NCBI GenBank assembly: GCA_017640725.1
Contig: JAEPQB010000003.1
Span: 544,704 to 608,703 of the forward strand
Direction of reading: 5' to 3'
From: Kordiimonadaceae bacterium
GTDB taxonomy: Bacteria > Pseudomonadota > Alphaproteobacteria > Sphingomonadales > Kordiimonadaceae
DNA length: 64,000 nucleotides
Below the pieces are notes generated by a model. That model ran no database searches and had not been told where the DNA came from. It was given only the letters and a program-made list of their open reading frames with translations. The translations under genes and the position numbers were made by a program. Positions 10,641 to 20,860 of this stretch are shown here, one piece after another. The first letter of the stretch is position 1. Each line of letters opens with the position of its first letter.

Positions 10641-13235
10641 CTAAAAAGTTGTTCCCACATTAAACTGCAGCGTTTGAGTTCTGTCCCCCAGCTGCTGTCT
10701 TAGTGCCCTTGTCAGGTCGATGCGGAATGGTCCGAATGGCGACTGCCATGAAAATCCAATTCCTGCCACAACCCGAGGAGAAGCGCTATCACCCGCAATA
10801 CAGTTAGTATTGAACGGGAATACTGGCAATTCTTCTCCAGCATCTTGTGCAGCTCTTGCCGCGGCGTCGAAGTCCAAAAACTCCCGACGTGAAAATTCGC
10901 AATTGGGAGTATCACTAATTTGCCCGCGGAACAAGGAGCCAGCGTCAACAAATACAGAAGCATTGATGCCAGACTCGAGTGCCGCTTCACCCAGCGGGAA
11001 GAAAAGCTCAGCCCGGCCAATATAGAAGGCCGTACCGCCAAGCGAGTTTGTTCTGTTATTGGTGCCGTTAAAGTCGCGCGGCCCGATACCGGCCACGTCG
11101 AAGCCGCGAATGCGGGGACCACCGATATAAAACTTGTCCGCAAGAAGCACTGACTGGCCCAGTCCTTCGATAAATCCGCCTTCTGCACTAGCCCGGAAGG
11201 TCCACCCGGCCCATGGCGTCCAGTAATTATCGGTACGAACCTGTGAGCGAAGATAGCGAACATCGCCACCCAAACCGGCAAAATCCTGGCTGAACGAGAA
11301 GGACTTACCGCGTGTGGGTCTGATTAGACTGTTGCGGCTGTCAGTACCCACGGTGTATCCGAAAATTGACTGAAAGCGTGTCCCGATCGATTCCTGGAAT
11401 GCTCGGCCCAGGCCGAAAGCCAGCTCTCTGGCTTGAAACTCTCCGTCACCGTTAGTGTCAAAGTCGTCATTCGTAATCTCGCCGTCACCGTTCGAGTCAA
11501 ACTCGTCCAGCGTCGCCTGATCATTTGACGTGTCACCATCAGCCAAAAGGGACTGAATACTGGCAACGGCCGCATTGAAGTTGGGTTCCAAAATCCTGTT
11601 TGGTACCTCAACATTGTCTCTACGCAGCGTATAGCGAGTGCTGAGGAACCAATATTCGTTCAAAGACATACCAGCCCTGAGCGAGAAGCCCAGAGAGTCC
11701 TGGTCAAAGGCAGCACCAAAGTTTGAGCTGTCGATCCGGCGGGCAAAAATATCAGCACCCGCTGCGACCCGCCGACCATTGAAATATGGTTCCGTAAAGC
11801 CCAGGTCGATTTCTTGACGCGTACCAGACAAACGGAGGCCCAACCTCAGGTCTTGTGCCCTACCACGCCAATTTCGCTGTCTAATGGAGAAGTCGAAAAT
11901 AAAGTTCTCAAGACTGGAGAAACCTGCGCCCAAGTTTAGCTCACCAGTAGCTTGTTCCTCGACCGCTACGTCAAGGATCATCCGGTCAGGCTGGGACCCC
12001 TGCAGCTGTTCAATTTCAACCTCGCGGAAGAAATCAAGACGCTGAAGGCGGTTATCCGACCGATTAACAAGCGCAGAGTTAAAAGCATCGCCTTCTTGGA
12101 GGCGGAACTCGCGGCGAATAACACGGTCCAGCGTAACCACATTGCCGCGGATGTTGATGCGTTCAACATAGACCCTTGGCGCATCCAGAATACGGAACTT
12201 GATGTTCATTATTCTGGCTTCGCGATCACGATTAATCTCTGGGCGAACGTCTACAAACGCGTAACCCAACAAACCGGCTGCGTTAGAAAGTTGCTCGATG
12301 GTCTGTTCGATGGATTCCGCGTTGTAGTTTTGCCCTTCACGCATCAAAAGAAATGCACGGAACAGCAACTCATTTACATCGCGGATTTCGCTTTCAATTT
12401 CGATTTCACCGAACTTGTAGATCTCGCCTTCTTCGACGGTGAAGGTAATAAAGAAGTCCTCACGGTCGGGCGTCAGCTCGGATACGGCTGAGACAACGCG
12501 GAAATCCGCATAGCCTTCGTTCAAATAGTGCTGTCGCAGGACTTGCTGGTCATAGGCCAAACGATCTGGGTCAAACGTGTCGTTAGACGTGAAGAACTTC
12601 CACCAGCGGGATTCTTTGGTGGCAAGAACATCGCGAAGGTCACCATCGCTATATATTTTGTTGCCGATGAAATTGATTTTACTGACTTTGGTCTTTGGTC
12701 CCTCTTGGATTTCAAAAACCAAGTCAACGCGGTTCTGGTCTTGCTGAACCACTTTAGGCTCAATAATCGCAGCGAACCGCCCGGAACGACGGTAAAGCTC
12801 CAGCATGCGCTGAACATCTGCGCGCACACGAGCACGGGTGAAAACTTGCCGTGGGCGAAGGCGAACCTCTTCGGCTAATTCTTCGTTATCGAGCTTCTTA
12901 TTGCCTTCAAAAATAATGCGGTTGATGATTGGGTTCTCGACCACACGAACGATAAGAACGCCCCTGCTCTCTGTTAGTTCGACGTCGGAGAACAAACCTG
13001 TGGCAAACAGGTTTTTAAGGCTCTGGTCAAGCGCGCCAGGATCAAAGGGGTCACCAGGGCGCACAGTCAAGTAGGAAGCGATCGTCTCAGGCTCTACGCG
13101 CTCGTTGCCGGAAACAGAAATCTGTCGAATGACTGGAAGCTGCTCAACGGCATCTGCCTGCTGGGCTGATACGGTCGGAACAACTGAAAAAATACTGATG
13201 ACTAGCCCCAGCGAAATCGCCAAGGTTTTTGTCAT
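10641..13235 (-). CDS. bamA: Outer membrane protein assembly factor BamA
   Basis: POTRA repeats (GNERVE, LFATGLFSDV), IRGF L6 motif, FVDAG, C-terminal QFNVGTTF. Start probably ATG 13235 (or GTG 13244) rather than 13331. Confidence 0.97.
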   Translation of the reverse strand: MTKTLAISLGLVISIFSVVPTVSAQQADAVEQLPVIRQISVSGNERVEPETIASYLTVRPGDPFDPGALDQSLKNLFATGLFSDVELTESRGVLIVRVVENPIINRIIFEGNKKLDNEELAEEVRLRPRQVFTRARVRADVQRMLELYRRSGRFAAIIEPKVVQQDQNRVDLVFEIQEGPKTKVSKINFIGNKIYSDGDLRDVLATKESRWWKFFTSNDTFDPDRLAYDQQVLRQHYLNEGYADFRVVSAVSELTPDREDFFITFTVEEGEIYKFGEIEIESEIRDVNELLFRAFLLMREGQNYNAESIEQTIEQLSNAAGLLGYAFVDVRPEINRDREARIMNIKFRILDAPRVYVERINIRGNVVTLDRVIRREFRLQEGDAFNSALVNRSDNRLQRLDFFREVEIEQLQGSQPDRMILDVAVEEQATGELNLGAGFSSLENFIFDFSIRQRNWRGRAQDLRLGLRLSGTRQEIDLGFTEPYFNGRRVAAGADIFARRIDSSNFGAAFDQDSLGFSLRAGMSLNEYWFLSTRYTLRRDNVEVPNRILEPNFNAAVASIQSLLADGDTSNDQATLDEFDSNGDGEITNDDFDTNGDGEFQARELAFGLGRAFQESIGTRFQSIFGYTVGTDSRNSLIRPTRGKSFSFSQDFAGLGGDVRYLRSQVRTDNYWTPWAGWTFRASAEGGFIEGLGQSVLLADKFYIGGPRIRGFDVAGIGPRDFNGTNNRTNSLGGTAFYIGRAELFFPLGEAALESGINASVFVDAGSLFRGQISDTPNCEFSRREFLDFDAAARAAQDAGEELPVFPFNTNCIAGDSASPRVVAGIGFSWQSPFGPFRIDLTRALRQQLGDRTQTLQFNVGTTF
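11424..11507 (-). repeat. Tandem 39-bp (13-aa) repeat in bamA encoding two EF-hand-like loops
   Basis: DEFDSNGDGEITN / DDFDTNGDGEFQA(RE). The DNA unit CCGTCACCGTT recurs at 11443 and 11482. Confidence 0.85.
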
Positions 13236-13305
13236 ACGCTTCACTAAAAAACTCAAGTTAAAGCCCAATCTAAATAGTCTTGTGCATAATGGCGGTGAAA
13301 TTGAC

Positions 13306-14415
13306 CTAGAGCGCCATGGATTGCAAGTCATTCAAGGTCACAAACACCATAAAAATTAGCATTAAGGCCATTCCTGCAACGAAACTGGCTTCCTGTGCCT
13401 TTTTACTAAGGGGTGAGCCCTTCAAAGCCTCTAATCCATAGAACATGAGATGCCCTCCATCGAGAACCGGTATGGGGAGGAGATTAACGATTCCGAGGTT
13501 AAGCGAGAGAATAGCGAGAAAGAATATAAAGCTGGCCAAACTGATGCTGGCGGCTTCGCCTACCATGTTGGCAATGCGAACAGGCCCGCCCAGTTCTTTG
13601 ACTGATCGGATGCCCAGAACAATCTGGCCAAGTGTGGTAAACATCATGTCACCCATGGCGATTGTTTGGCGACCACCTTCTGCAAGGGAGCCGAAAAGTC
13701 CTAGTTCATGATAGGTTGCCTGGTATCCGCCAATCCCTAGCCTGCCGAGGGGATATTGATTGCCAAATCGATCCTGCATGTAACGAATGTCGAGGGTTGG
13801 TGTCAGGGTCAGTGTTTCGCCGTCACGATCGACAACAATTGGTATGGTTGCAGCTGGATACAGCCTCACAATTGCGCCAATGTCGCTAAAACGACTGACG
13901 GCTTCGCCATTGACAAAAAGAATGGTGTCATCTTGCTGTAGACCAGCTTTTTCCGCGGCAGACTCCTCAAGTACAGAAGCGACTTTGGGTTCAGCGATTG
14001 CGATACCGTTTATAAAAACAAAGCCAGCAAAAACCAAAGCTGCAGCGATCAAATTTATGGCCGGGCCTGCGAAGGCGATAAGAGCCCTTTGCCATACCGG
14101 CTTGTAATGAAAGCAGACGTCTCTTTCTTCAGGACTTAGGCCTTCAGGGATATCCCCTGGATTGCTTGCTGCCGAAGCGTCGCCGAAGAACTTCACGTAT
14201 CCACCAATTGGCAAAACGCTGAACTTCCAGCGAGTTCCATTTTTGTCTGTTCGGCCAAACAGCTCTTTGCCCATACCGATGGAAAAAGTGTCGATCTTCA
14301 CACCGAAGATGCGCGCCACGATATAGTGGCCCCATTCGTGGATGAACACCAAAATTGAAAAGCCGCCAACAAATGCGGCTATGGTGAAAAGGAGTCCTGG
14401 GCCTTCAGTTTCCAT
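13306..14415 (-). CDS. rseP: Site-2 zinc metalloprotease RseP
   Basis: HEWGH zinc motif, PDZ-like domain, NLLPIPVLDGGH. Confidence 0.95.
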   Translation of the reverse strand: METEGPGLLFTIAAFVGGFSILVFIHEWGHYIVARIFGVKIDTFSIGMGKELFGRTDKNGTRWKFSVLPIGGYVKFFGDASAASNPGDIPEGLSPEERDVCFHYKPVWQRALIAFAGPAINLIAAALVFAGFVFINGIAIAEPKVASVLEESAAEKAGLQQDDTILFVNGEAVSRFSDIGAIVRLYPAATIPIVVDRDGETLTLTPTLDIRYMQDRFGNQYPLGRLGIGGYQATYHELGLFGSLAEGGRQTIAMGDMMFTTLGQIVLGIRSVKELGGPVRIANMVGEAASISLASFIFFLAILSLNLGIVNLLPIPVLDGGHLMFYGLEALKGSPLSKKAQEASFVAGMALMLIFMVFVTLNDLQSMAL

Positions 14416-14443
14416 TGGGTGTCTCGGTATACTTCATGGCCAA

Positions 14444-15610
14444 CTAGGCGGCCAACTGGGTTAACAAGTTCTGCGCAATCAATCTGGCTTCCTGATCTTG
14501 CTCAAACACATTTGAAAGCGAATGTGGCGCTTTCATGTCGATCTTATCAAGAGTTGCCTTAACAACGGATGAAATGTCCATAAAGCCTATTTTTTCTTTA
14601 AGAAATGCTTCCACTGCTACTTCATTCGCGGCGTTAAGCGCTAACGGCGCCGAACCACCCTCATGCAAGGCATCCATAGCGAGCTTCAGACATTCGAATT
14701 TCTCGAGGTCGGGCTCCGCAAACGTCAGTTGTGCCAATTCCGGTAAGGAAAGCGACGGTACCGGCGCATCGATACGGTCTGGCCAAGCCAGTGCATAGGC
14801 GATCGGAGTTCGCATGTCCGGGCTTCCTAACTGCGCCAAAACACTGCCATCGTTGTATTGCACCATTGAATGGATCACAGATTGCGGGTGAATAACCACT
14901 TCAATCTGGTCCTTCTGAACAGGGAAAAGATGAAAGGCTTCAATGACTTCAAGGCCTTTGTTCATCATGGTGGCAGAGTCGACAGAGATTTTCTGACCCA
15001 TATCCCAGTTGGGATGAGCAACAGCTTCCGCGGGTGTAACATTTTTGAGGCAATCGGTACGCTTTTGCCAAAACGGCCCACCTGACGCAGTCAATATTAT
15101 CTTTTCAACCGTCGTGGCGCGCTCAAAATCGAAGACCTGATAGATGGCATTATGCTCTGAATCGACGGGAAGAATGCGCGCCCCGCTCTTCTCGGCTTCC
15201 TGCATGAACAATTCCCCTGCGCAGACAAGGCACTCCTTGTTTGCGAGGGCAATGGTTTTGCCTTGCCTCACAGCCGCGAGGGTCGGCCGCAATCCAGCGG
15301 CGCCAACAATGGCTGCCATGACCAGGTCGCAACTGACCTCTGCCGCTGCGATCAGGCCTTCAGTCCCGCACAAAGCTGTAACGGCAGTGCCTGCCAGCGC
15401 TTCCTTCAAGTCGCTGTACAGAGTTTCATCCGCGATCACTGCCACTTCAGCTGAAAATTCTCTGGCAAGAGCCGCCAATGCGTTGACATTGCTATTGGCT
15501 GTTAGGGCTTTGATGGCGAAGCGATCAGGATTTCTGCGGACAAGGTCTACAGTGCTTGCCCCAACCGAGCCCGTGGCGCCGAGAATGCTGATGCTTTTGA
15601 TGGTACTCAT
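14444..15610 (-). CDS. dxr: 1-deoxy-D-xylulose-5-phosphate reductoisomerase
   Basis: ILGATGSVG, LANKE, PVDSEH, LTASGGPF and KISVDSATMMNKGLE. Start ATG 15610. Confidence 0.97.
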   Translation of the reverse strand: MSTIKSISILGATGSVGASTVDLVRRNPDRFAIKALTANSNVNALAALAREFSAEVAVIADETLYSDLKEALAGTAVTALCGTEGLIAAAEVSCDLVMAAIVGAAGLRPTLAAVRQGKTIALANKECLVCAGELFMQEAEKSGARILPVDSEHNAIYQVFDFERATTVEKIILTASGGPFWQKRTDCLKNVTPAEAVAHPNWDMGQKISVDSATMMNKGLEVIEAFHLFPVQKDQIEVVIHPQSVIHSMVQYNDGSVLAQLGSPDMRTPIAYALAWPDRIDAPVPSLSLPELAQLTFAEPDLEKFECLKLAMDALHEGGSAPLALNAANEVAVEAFLKEKIGFMDISSVVKATLDKIDMKAPHSLSNVFEQDQEARLIAQNLLTQLAA

Positions 15611-15617
15611 GAATGCA

Positions 15618-16454
15618 TCACCCACTAACCTGCGACAGCTCAGGGATGGCAAGCGCTACGGCAACCGCTGGTGCCGCGAAAATCAATCCGTCCACCCTGT
15701 CAAGAATACCGCCATGCCCCGGGATGAGGTTTCCGCTGTCTTTTTGGTCTAACGCTCTTTTTATTGCGCTTTCGTACAGATCCCCCATTTGGGCGATTAC
15801 AGCGACAATGGCGGCAGCGAAAGGCATCAAAAGCGGATCGCCCAAGTCAAAAAGCAGGGAAATAGCTAGGGAAACCAATGCAGCGAGCACCATGCCGCCA
15901 ATTAGGCCCGCCCATGTTTTCTTAGGGCTAATAACCGGCGCCAGTTTTGGTCCGCCGATTCCTTTGCCGGCAAAATAACCACCCACATCCATGGCCCAGA
16001 CAGCAAAAAATAACCAAATGACGATAAGGCCGTCTTGATCCTGTGCTCTCAACCAAGCGAGGGACATCAATGCCATGGTGACATATACTGCGCCTGCTCC
16101 TGCGTTCATCTTAGATTGGCCAGTGGCTGAACTTCTGGCAATTTTTGACGGCGAATGCGCCAATAAGACACCGCTCATCAGTAGCATCGCAATTGCAATT
16201 GCAGCACCACTAATGGCGTTAGGGTTCGCAGTCACAATTGCTGTCAGTGATACAGCTGCAAAGTAAGGAACAAACCTGTCCCGATCAGACACATCAGTTA
16301 GCGTGAACCATTCGCGCAACATAAGAAAGCCACCTGAGGCGAGCAGTGCAAAAAAATACCAGCCACCCAGATAAATCAAACCCAGCACGACCGGTAACAG
16401 CGTTAGAGCGGACACAACGCGCTTAAACAGATTGTCTGATAATCCTAAAGGCAT
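15618..16454 (-). CDS. cdsA: Phosphatidate cytidylyltransferase
   Basis: ISPKKTWAG, GDLYESAIKR and KDSGNLIPGHGGILDRVD motifs. Confidence 0.95.
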   Translation of the reverse strand: MPLGLSDNLFKRVVSALTLLPVVLGLIYLGGWYFFALLASGGFLMLREWFTLTDVSDRDRFVPYFAAVSLTAIVTANPNAISGAAIAIAMLLMSGVLLAHSPSKIARSSATGQSKMNAGAGAVYVTMALMSLAWLRAQDQDGLIVIWLFFAVWAMDVGGYFAGKGIGGPKLAPVISPKKTWAGLIGGMVLAALVSLAISLLFDLGDPLLMPFAAAIVAVIAQMGDLYESAIKRALDQKDSGNLIPGHGGILDRVDGLIFAAPAVAVALAIPELSQVSG

Positions 16455-16470
16455 TCGTTGAACTTAAACT

Positions 16471-17214
16471 CTAAGGGCGAGCGCCATAGCGGCGATCCCT
16501 GTTTTTGAATTCTTCAACGGCCTCGGCAAAAATCTGGCGGGTAAAGTCCGGCCAGAGCGTAGGCAGGAAAAGAAACTCCGAATATGCTGCTTGCCACATG
16601 AGAAAGTTCGACAAGCGTTGTTCTCCACTAGTTCGGATAATCAGATCTGGATCCGGCAGCTTATTTGTATATAGCGCGGCAGAGAATGTTTTCTCGTCGA
16701 TATCGCTTGCATTGATCTCCCCAGCGGCAACCCGCTGAGCAAGGTTTTGCGCCGCCAGTGTTAGTTCCTCTCGGGAACCATAACTTAGCGCAATAATGAG
16801 AGTAAGGCGTCGGTTATGCTCGGTCCGCCTCTCCGCGTCTTCAATCATTTGGCGAATGTCATCACTAAGCGCATCGCGGCGTCCAATGACCTGAAGGCGC
16901 ACGCCCTCTTTTGCCAAAGTGCGCACTTCCTTTTTCAAATACATGCGCAGCAGACCCATAAGGTCCCGAACTTCGTCTTCCGGGCGATTCCAGTTTTCCG
17001 TCGAAAAGGCATAAAGCGTCAAAAACTCAACACCGTTTTCAACAGCCCCTTCAATGGCTTCGCGAACTGCGTCAGCCCCTTTGCGATGCCCTTTGCTTCG
17101 GGACACGCCGTGCTGCTGCGCCCACCGGCCGTTGCCATCCATTATGATAGCGACATGGGACGGCGCACTGGCGCCGCCAGTGTCGGTAGAAACGGCTGCA
17201 GCTTCCGCACTCAT
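16471..17214 (-). CDS. uppS: Undecaprenyl diphosphate synthase
   Basis: HVAIIMDGNGRWA, YAFSTENWNRP and RTSGEQRLSNF. Start ATG 17214 or TTG 17220. Confidence 0.96.
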   Translation of the reverse strand: MSAEAAAVSTDTGGASAPSHVAIIMDGNGRWAQQHGVSRSKGHRKGADAVREAIEGAVENGVEFLTLYAFSTENWNRPEDEVRDLMGLLRMYLKKEVRTLAKEGVRLQVIGRRDALSDDIRQMIEDAERRTEHNRRLTLIIALSYGSREELTLAAQNLAQRVAAGEINASDIDEKTFSAALYTNKLPDPDLIIRTSGEQRLSNFLMWQAAYSEFLFLPTLWPDFTRQIFAEAVEEFKNRDRRYGARP

Positions 17215-17216
17215 AC

Positions 17217-17780
17217 TCAAACCTGCATAATCTCCGCTTCTTTGGCGCTCAGAGTAGCGTCCACTTCAGCGACAAAGGTGTTTGTCAGCTCCTGAACTTC
17301 ATCAGCATACATTTTGTGGTCGTCTTCACTGATGGCCTTATCTTTTTCAAGGCGTTTCAAAGTGTCCATGCCGTCTCGACGAACATTACGGATCGCAATA
17401 CGGCCCTGCTCTGCATACTTGGCGGCGACCTTGGCAAGCTCAGTGCGGCGTTCTTCATTCAACTCTGGTATCGGGATGCGAACAAGTTGGCCGTCCAACA
17501 TCGGATTGAGGCCCAGTCCAGAATTGCGAATGGCTTTTTCAACTGCTGAAGCATTGGACTTGTCCCAAACCTGCACAGACAGCATTCTTGGCTCAGGAAC
17601 GGTTACAGTGCCAACTTGATTGAGCGGCATGTTCGCGCCGTAAACGTCAACGGTTACTGGGTCCAACAGGCTCGCTGTTGCTCGACCAGTTCTAAGGCCT
17701 GCAAATTCAGATTTCAGGGCTTCAATCGCCCCTTTCATGCGCCGTTCAATGTCATCTAGATCAATGTCATCATCACTCAT
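17217..17780 (-). CDS. frr: Ribosome recycling factor
   Basis: [17 protein letters not shown] and IRNVRRD. Start ATG 17780. Confidence 0.97.
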   Translation of the reverse strand: MSDDDIDLDDIERRMKGAIEALKSEFAGLRTGRATASLLDPVTVDVYGANMPLNQVGTVTVPEPRMLSVQVWDKSNASAVEKAIRNSGLGLNPMLDGQLVRIPIPELNEERRTELAKVAAKYAEQGRIAIRNVRRDGMDTLKRLEKDKAISEDDHKMYADEVQELTNTFVAEVDATLSAKEAEIMQV

Positions 17781-17781
17781 T

Positions 17782-18507
17782 TTAGTCCTCCTCGCCCACG
17801 ACAGTGCAGGTGCCGTTGCCCTGCAGAACATTCACGAGCTCGTTTTCTGCATGGATTGAAAATACCACAATTGGAATGTTGTTTTCGCGACTAAGCGAAA
17901 TGGCTGACGCATCCATTACCTTAAGGTCCTGACGAAGTACGTCCATGAAGCCTAACGACTCATAGCGAACTGCATCCGGGTTGGTTTTTGGGTCTGAATC
18001 GTAAACACCGTCAACTTGCGTTCCTTTAAGCAACGCGTTGCAATTCATTTCTGCTGCACGGAGTGCTGCCGCTGTGTCCGTTGTAAAAAACGGATTGCCG
18101 GTGCCGGCGGCAAAAATCACCACCCGTCCTTTTTCAAGATGGCGAATGGCGCGGCGGCGAATATAGGGTTCACTTACGCTGGCCATTGGAATTGCAGACA
18201 GAACCCGCGTATCCACGCCTATTTGCTCAAGCGAGTTTTGCAAAGCCAGCGCATTCATGACGGTGGCTAACATGCCCATGTGGTCAGCCGTGGATCGATC
18301 AAGGCCTTCAGCAGCCCCCTTCATCCCGCGGAAGATGTTTCCGCCGCCAACTACTACGCAAACCTCCGTGCCGATTTCGCGGGCTTGCTTGATTTCGTTA
18401 GAAACGCGCGTTGCTGTCTCTGGATCGATGCCATATGACCCTGATCCCATCAATGCTTCGCCGGACAGTTTAAGAAGAATGCGATTGTATTTAGGCGCAG
18501 CAGACAT
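17782..18507 (-). CDS. pyrH: UMP kinase
   Basis: [19 protein letters not shown] and [18 protein letters not shown]. Start ATG 18507. Confidence 0.97.
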   Translation of the reverse strand: MSAAPKYNRILLKLSGEALMGSGSYGIDPETATRVSNEIKQAREIGTEVCVVVGGGNIFRGMKGAAEGLDRSTADHMGMLATVMNALALQNSLEQIGVDTRVLSAIPMASVSEPYIRRRAIRHLEKGRVVIFAAGTGNPFFTTDTAAALRAAEMNCNALLKGTQVDGVYDSDPKTNPDAVRYESLGFMDVLRQDLKVMDASAISLSRENNIPIVVFSIHAENELVNVLQGNGTCTVVGEED

Positions 18508-18626
18508 GTGCAGCACAACTCCCCTCAATTTCCCCCAAAATACGGGCGTCGCGCCGCATTTGCAGCACTTTATCCCCTAAATTTCAGGTTTGCCATAACA
18601 GATTTGGCCGGGCGCCAAAAAGACGC

Positions 18627-18655
18627 AAAAAAAGCCCGGTGACGACACCGGGCTT
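18627..18655 (-). terminator. Intrinsic terminator after tsf
   Basis: AAGCCCGGTG-N4-CACCGGGCTT stem followed by a T run on the minus strand. Confidence 0.85.
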
Positions 18656-18675
18656 CATGCTTCTTTGCTGAAAAA

Positions 18676-19602
18676 TTAGACGCCAGCTGCCGCTGCTACT
18701 TCTGCAGCGAAGTCGTCTTCTTTTTTCTCAAGGCCATCACCAACTTCCATGCGGACGAAGCTTGTAAGCTCAATAGATGTGCCAGCTTCTTTGGCGGCGT
18801 TTTCAATCACCTTGGATACTTTGGTTTCTCCGTCAATTACGAAAGTCTGGTGAAGAAGAACAACCTCTTCCAGATACTTGCGCATACGACCGACAATCAT
18901 TTTTTCAATGATTGCTTCTGGTTTGCCGCTCTCGCGGGCTTTGTCCATTTGTACCTGCTTCTCGCGCTCAACGATCTCAGGATCAAGATCTTCTTCAGAA
19001 AGAGAAGCTGGATTTGTTGCAGCGATATGCATAGCAAGTTGTTTGCCGAGAGGCGCCAACACGTCTGCGCCGGCGTCAGACTGCAGGCCAACCAGAACGG
19101 CAATTTTGCCCATGCCGTCCGCTGTTGCACCGTGGATGTAGGAAGCAACCATGCCGCTTTCTACTTCTACAGTTGCTGCACGGCGGATGTTCATGTTTTC
19201 GCCAATAGTTGCGATATTGTCGGTCAACACTTCGCCAACAGTTTTGCCAGCGCCGGGATATGCCGCTGCACCAATTGCGTCTACGTCGTCGCCAGTTTCG
19301 AAAGCAACCGCTGCAACGTCTGCTACAAACGTTTGGAACTGTTCGTTACGTGCAACAAAGTCCGTTTCAGAGTTAACTTCTGCAACCGTACCTTTGGTGC
19401 CTTCTGCTTTTGCAGCGACAAGGCCTTCTGCAGCGATGCGGCTCTGCTTCTTGCCGGCAGACGCCAAACCTTTTGCACGTAGCCAATCAACAGCAGCTTC
19501 GAGGTTGCCGTCGTTTTCAGCGAGTGCTTTTTTACAATCCATCATGCCTGCGCCAGATTTTTCGCGCAGTTCTTTTACGAGAGCGGCCGTAATTTGTGCC
19601 AT
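18676..19602 (-). CDS. tsf: Elongation factor Ts
   Basis: [19 protein letters not shown] and [10 protein letters not shown]. Confidence 0.98.
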   Translation of the reverse strand: MAQITAALVKELREKSGAGMMDCKKALAENDGNLEAAVDWLRAKGLASAGKKQSRIAAEGLVAAKAEGTKGTVAEVNSETDFVARNEQFQTFVADVAAVAFETGDDVDAIGAAAYPGAGKTVGEVLTDNIATIGENMNIRRAATVEVESGMVASYIHGATADGMGKIAVLVGLQSDAGADVLAPLGKQLAMHIAATNPASLSEEDLDPEIVEREKQVQMDKARESGKPEAIIEKMIVGRMRKYLEEVVLLHQTFVIDGETKVSKVIENAAKEAGTSIELTSFVRMEVGDGLEKKEDDFAAEVAAAAGV

Positions 19603-19688
19603 CGTAGGTCTCCTGGGGCGGTCGAAAGGACCAACACTATGTTAATGGGGCAAACCCGGACAGTAAGCCCGGGTTTATGACAGTTGCT

Positions 19689-20690
19689 TTATTCAGCGTC
19701 TTTTTTGTCAGCTTTTTTAGCGGCAGCCTTTTTGGCTGGTGCTTTTTTTGCTGCTGGCTTTTTAGCGGCAGCTTTCTTGGCTGGAGCTTTTTTAGCTGCA
19801 GCTTTTTTAGCTGGCTTCTTTTCTTCTTCAGCTTCAGCTGGCGCAGCCTCTGCAGCTGCTTCTTCAGCAGGTGCTTCTTCCGTCGCGGCTTCTTCGGCTG
19901 GTGCTTCAGCAGCTACCGCTTCTTCAGCTGGCGCTTCTTCGGCAACTACAACCTCTTCCGGAGTTGCTTCAGCTTCACCGAGGTCAACACCTTTAGCAGC
20001 AAGATCCGCTTGAATGCCGTCCAGAACAGCGTCGGCAACCAGATCACAGTACAGACGGATGGCGCGCGTTGCGTCATCGTTGCCCGGCACAGGGTAATCA
20101 ATGCCGTCTGGCTTAGAGTTGGTGTCGATCACGCCGATGACAGGAATGCCAAGGCGGTTAGCTTCGGCGATTGCGATGTCGTCACGGTTTACGTCGGCCA
20201 CAAAGACCAGATCAGGCAGACCGCCCATGTCCTGGATACCGCCAAGAGAAAGCTCGAGCTTGTCGCGTTGACGGGTAAGCTGGAGTGTTTCTTTTTTGGT
20301 TAGACCAGTGTGCTCCTGACCAAGTTTCTCATTCAGCTGCTTCAGGCGCTTGATTGACTGAGAAATTGTTTGCCAGTTAGTCATCATGCCGCCGAGCCAG
20401 CGGTGGTTTACATAGTATTGACCACAACGCTTTGCAGACTCTGCAATGATAGGCGAAGCCTGACGCTTCGTACCAACAAACAGAACACGTCCGCCGCCAG
20501 CTACTACGTCACGCACAACCTGAAGTGCACGGCCGAAGTAAGGCACAGTTTGAGACAAATCGATGATATGAATACCGTTGCGCTCACCAAAGATGAACGG
20601 GGCCATTTTAGGGTTCCAACGGTGGGTTTGGTGACCAAAGTGCACGCCTGCTTCCAAGAGGGCGCGCATGTCGACTACGGGCATCGCCAT
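19689..20690 (-). CDS. rpsB: 30S ribosomal protein S2 with long low-complexity C-terminal tail
   Basis: [24 protein letters not shown] and PGNDDA. Confidence 0.98.
   Translation of the reverse strand: MAMPVVDMRALLEAGVHFGHQTHRWNPKMAPFIFGERNGIHIIDLSQTVPYFGRALQVVRDVVAGGGRVLFVGTKRQASPIIAESAKRCGQYYVNHRWLGGMMTNWQTISQSIKRLKQLNEKLGQEHTGLTKKETLQLTRQRDKLELSLGGIQDMGGLPDLVFVADVNRDDIAIAEANRLGIPVIGVIDTNSKPDGIDYPVPGNDDATRAIRLYCDLVADAVLDGIQADLAAKGVDLGEAEATPEEVVVAEEAPAEEAVAAEAPAEEAATEEAPAEEAAAEAAPAEAEEEKKPAKKAAAKKAPAKKAAAKKPAAKKAPAKKAAAKKADKKDAE
19692..19976 (-). repeat. Acidic EAPAEE repeats followed by basic PAKK/AAAKK repeats in the S2 tail
   Basis: A 52-aa E/A/P block (19821-19976) then a 43-aa K/A/P block (19692-19820). 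Confidence 0.9.
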
Positions 20691-20840
20691 ATTACTACTC
20701 CTTTTCCGGTTTCGCCTCCGCAGGGTTGCGTCGCTTTATCTCTAAAGCTGACACCGGATGGCGCCTCACCAACTCAGTGAAGAACCGACCCCTGCGTGTG
20801 AAGTCGCGCGTCGTATAAGCCTGAATGTCTTGGATGGCAA
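20691..20840 (-). promoter_or_regulatory. rpsB promoter and 5' leader (probable S2 autoregulatory element)
   Basis: TTGCCA (20840-20835)-N17-TATACG (20817-20812). About 115-nt leader ending in AAAGGAG SD. S2 leader autoregulation is established in E. coli and only inferred here. Confidence 0.6.
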
Positions 20841-20860
20841 GCGTTTTCTTGCCAAAATCG

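Noticed and set aside
13236-13331. 32-aa N-terminal extension of BamA in the ORF track
   Set aside because: It overlaps the rseP stop and precedes a normal signal peptide. The extensions given for frr, pyrH, dxr, moaC and fabZ were trimmed for the same kind of reason.
19677-20013. F/A/S-rich repetitive plus-strand ORFs (also 53824-54180)
   Set aside because: They are reverse-complement readings of the PAKK/EAPAEE tails, not separate genes.
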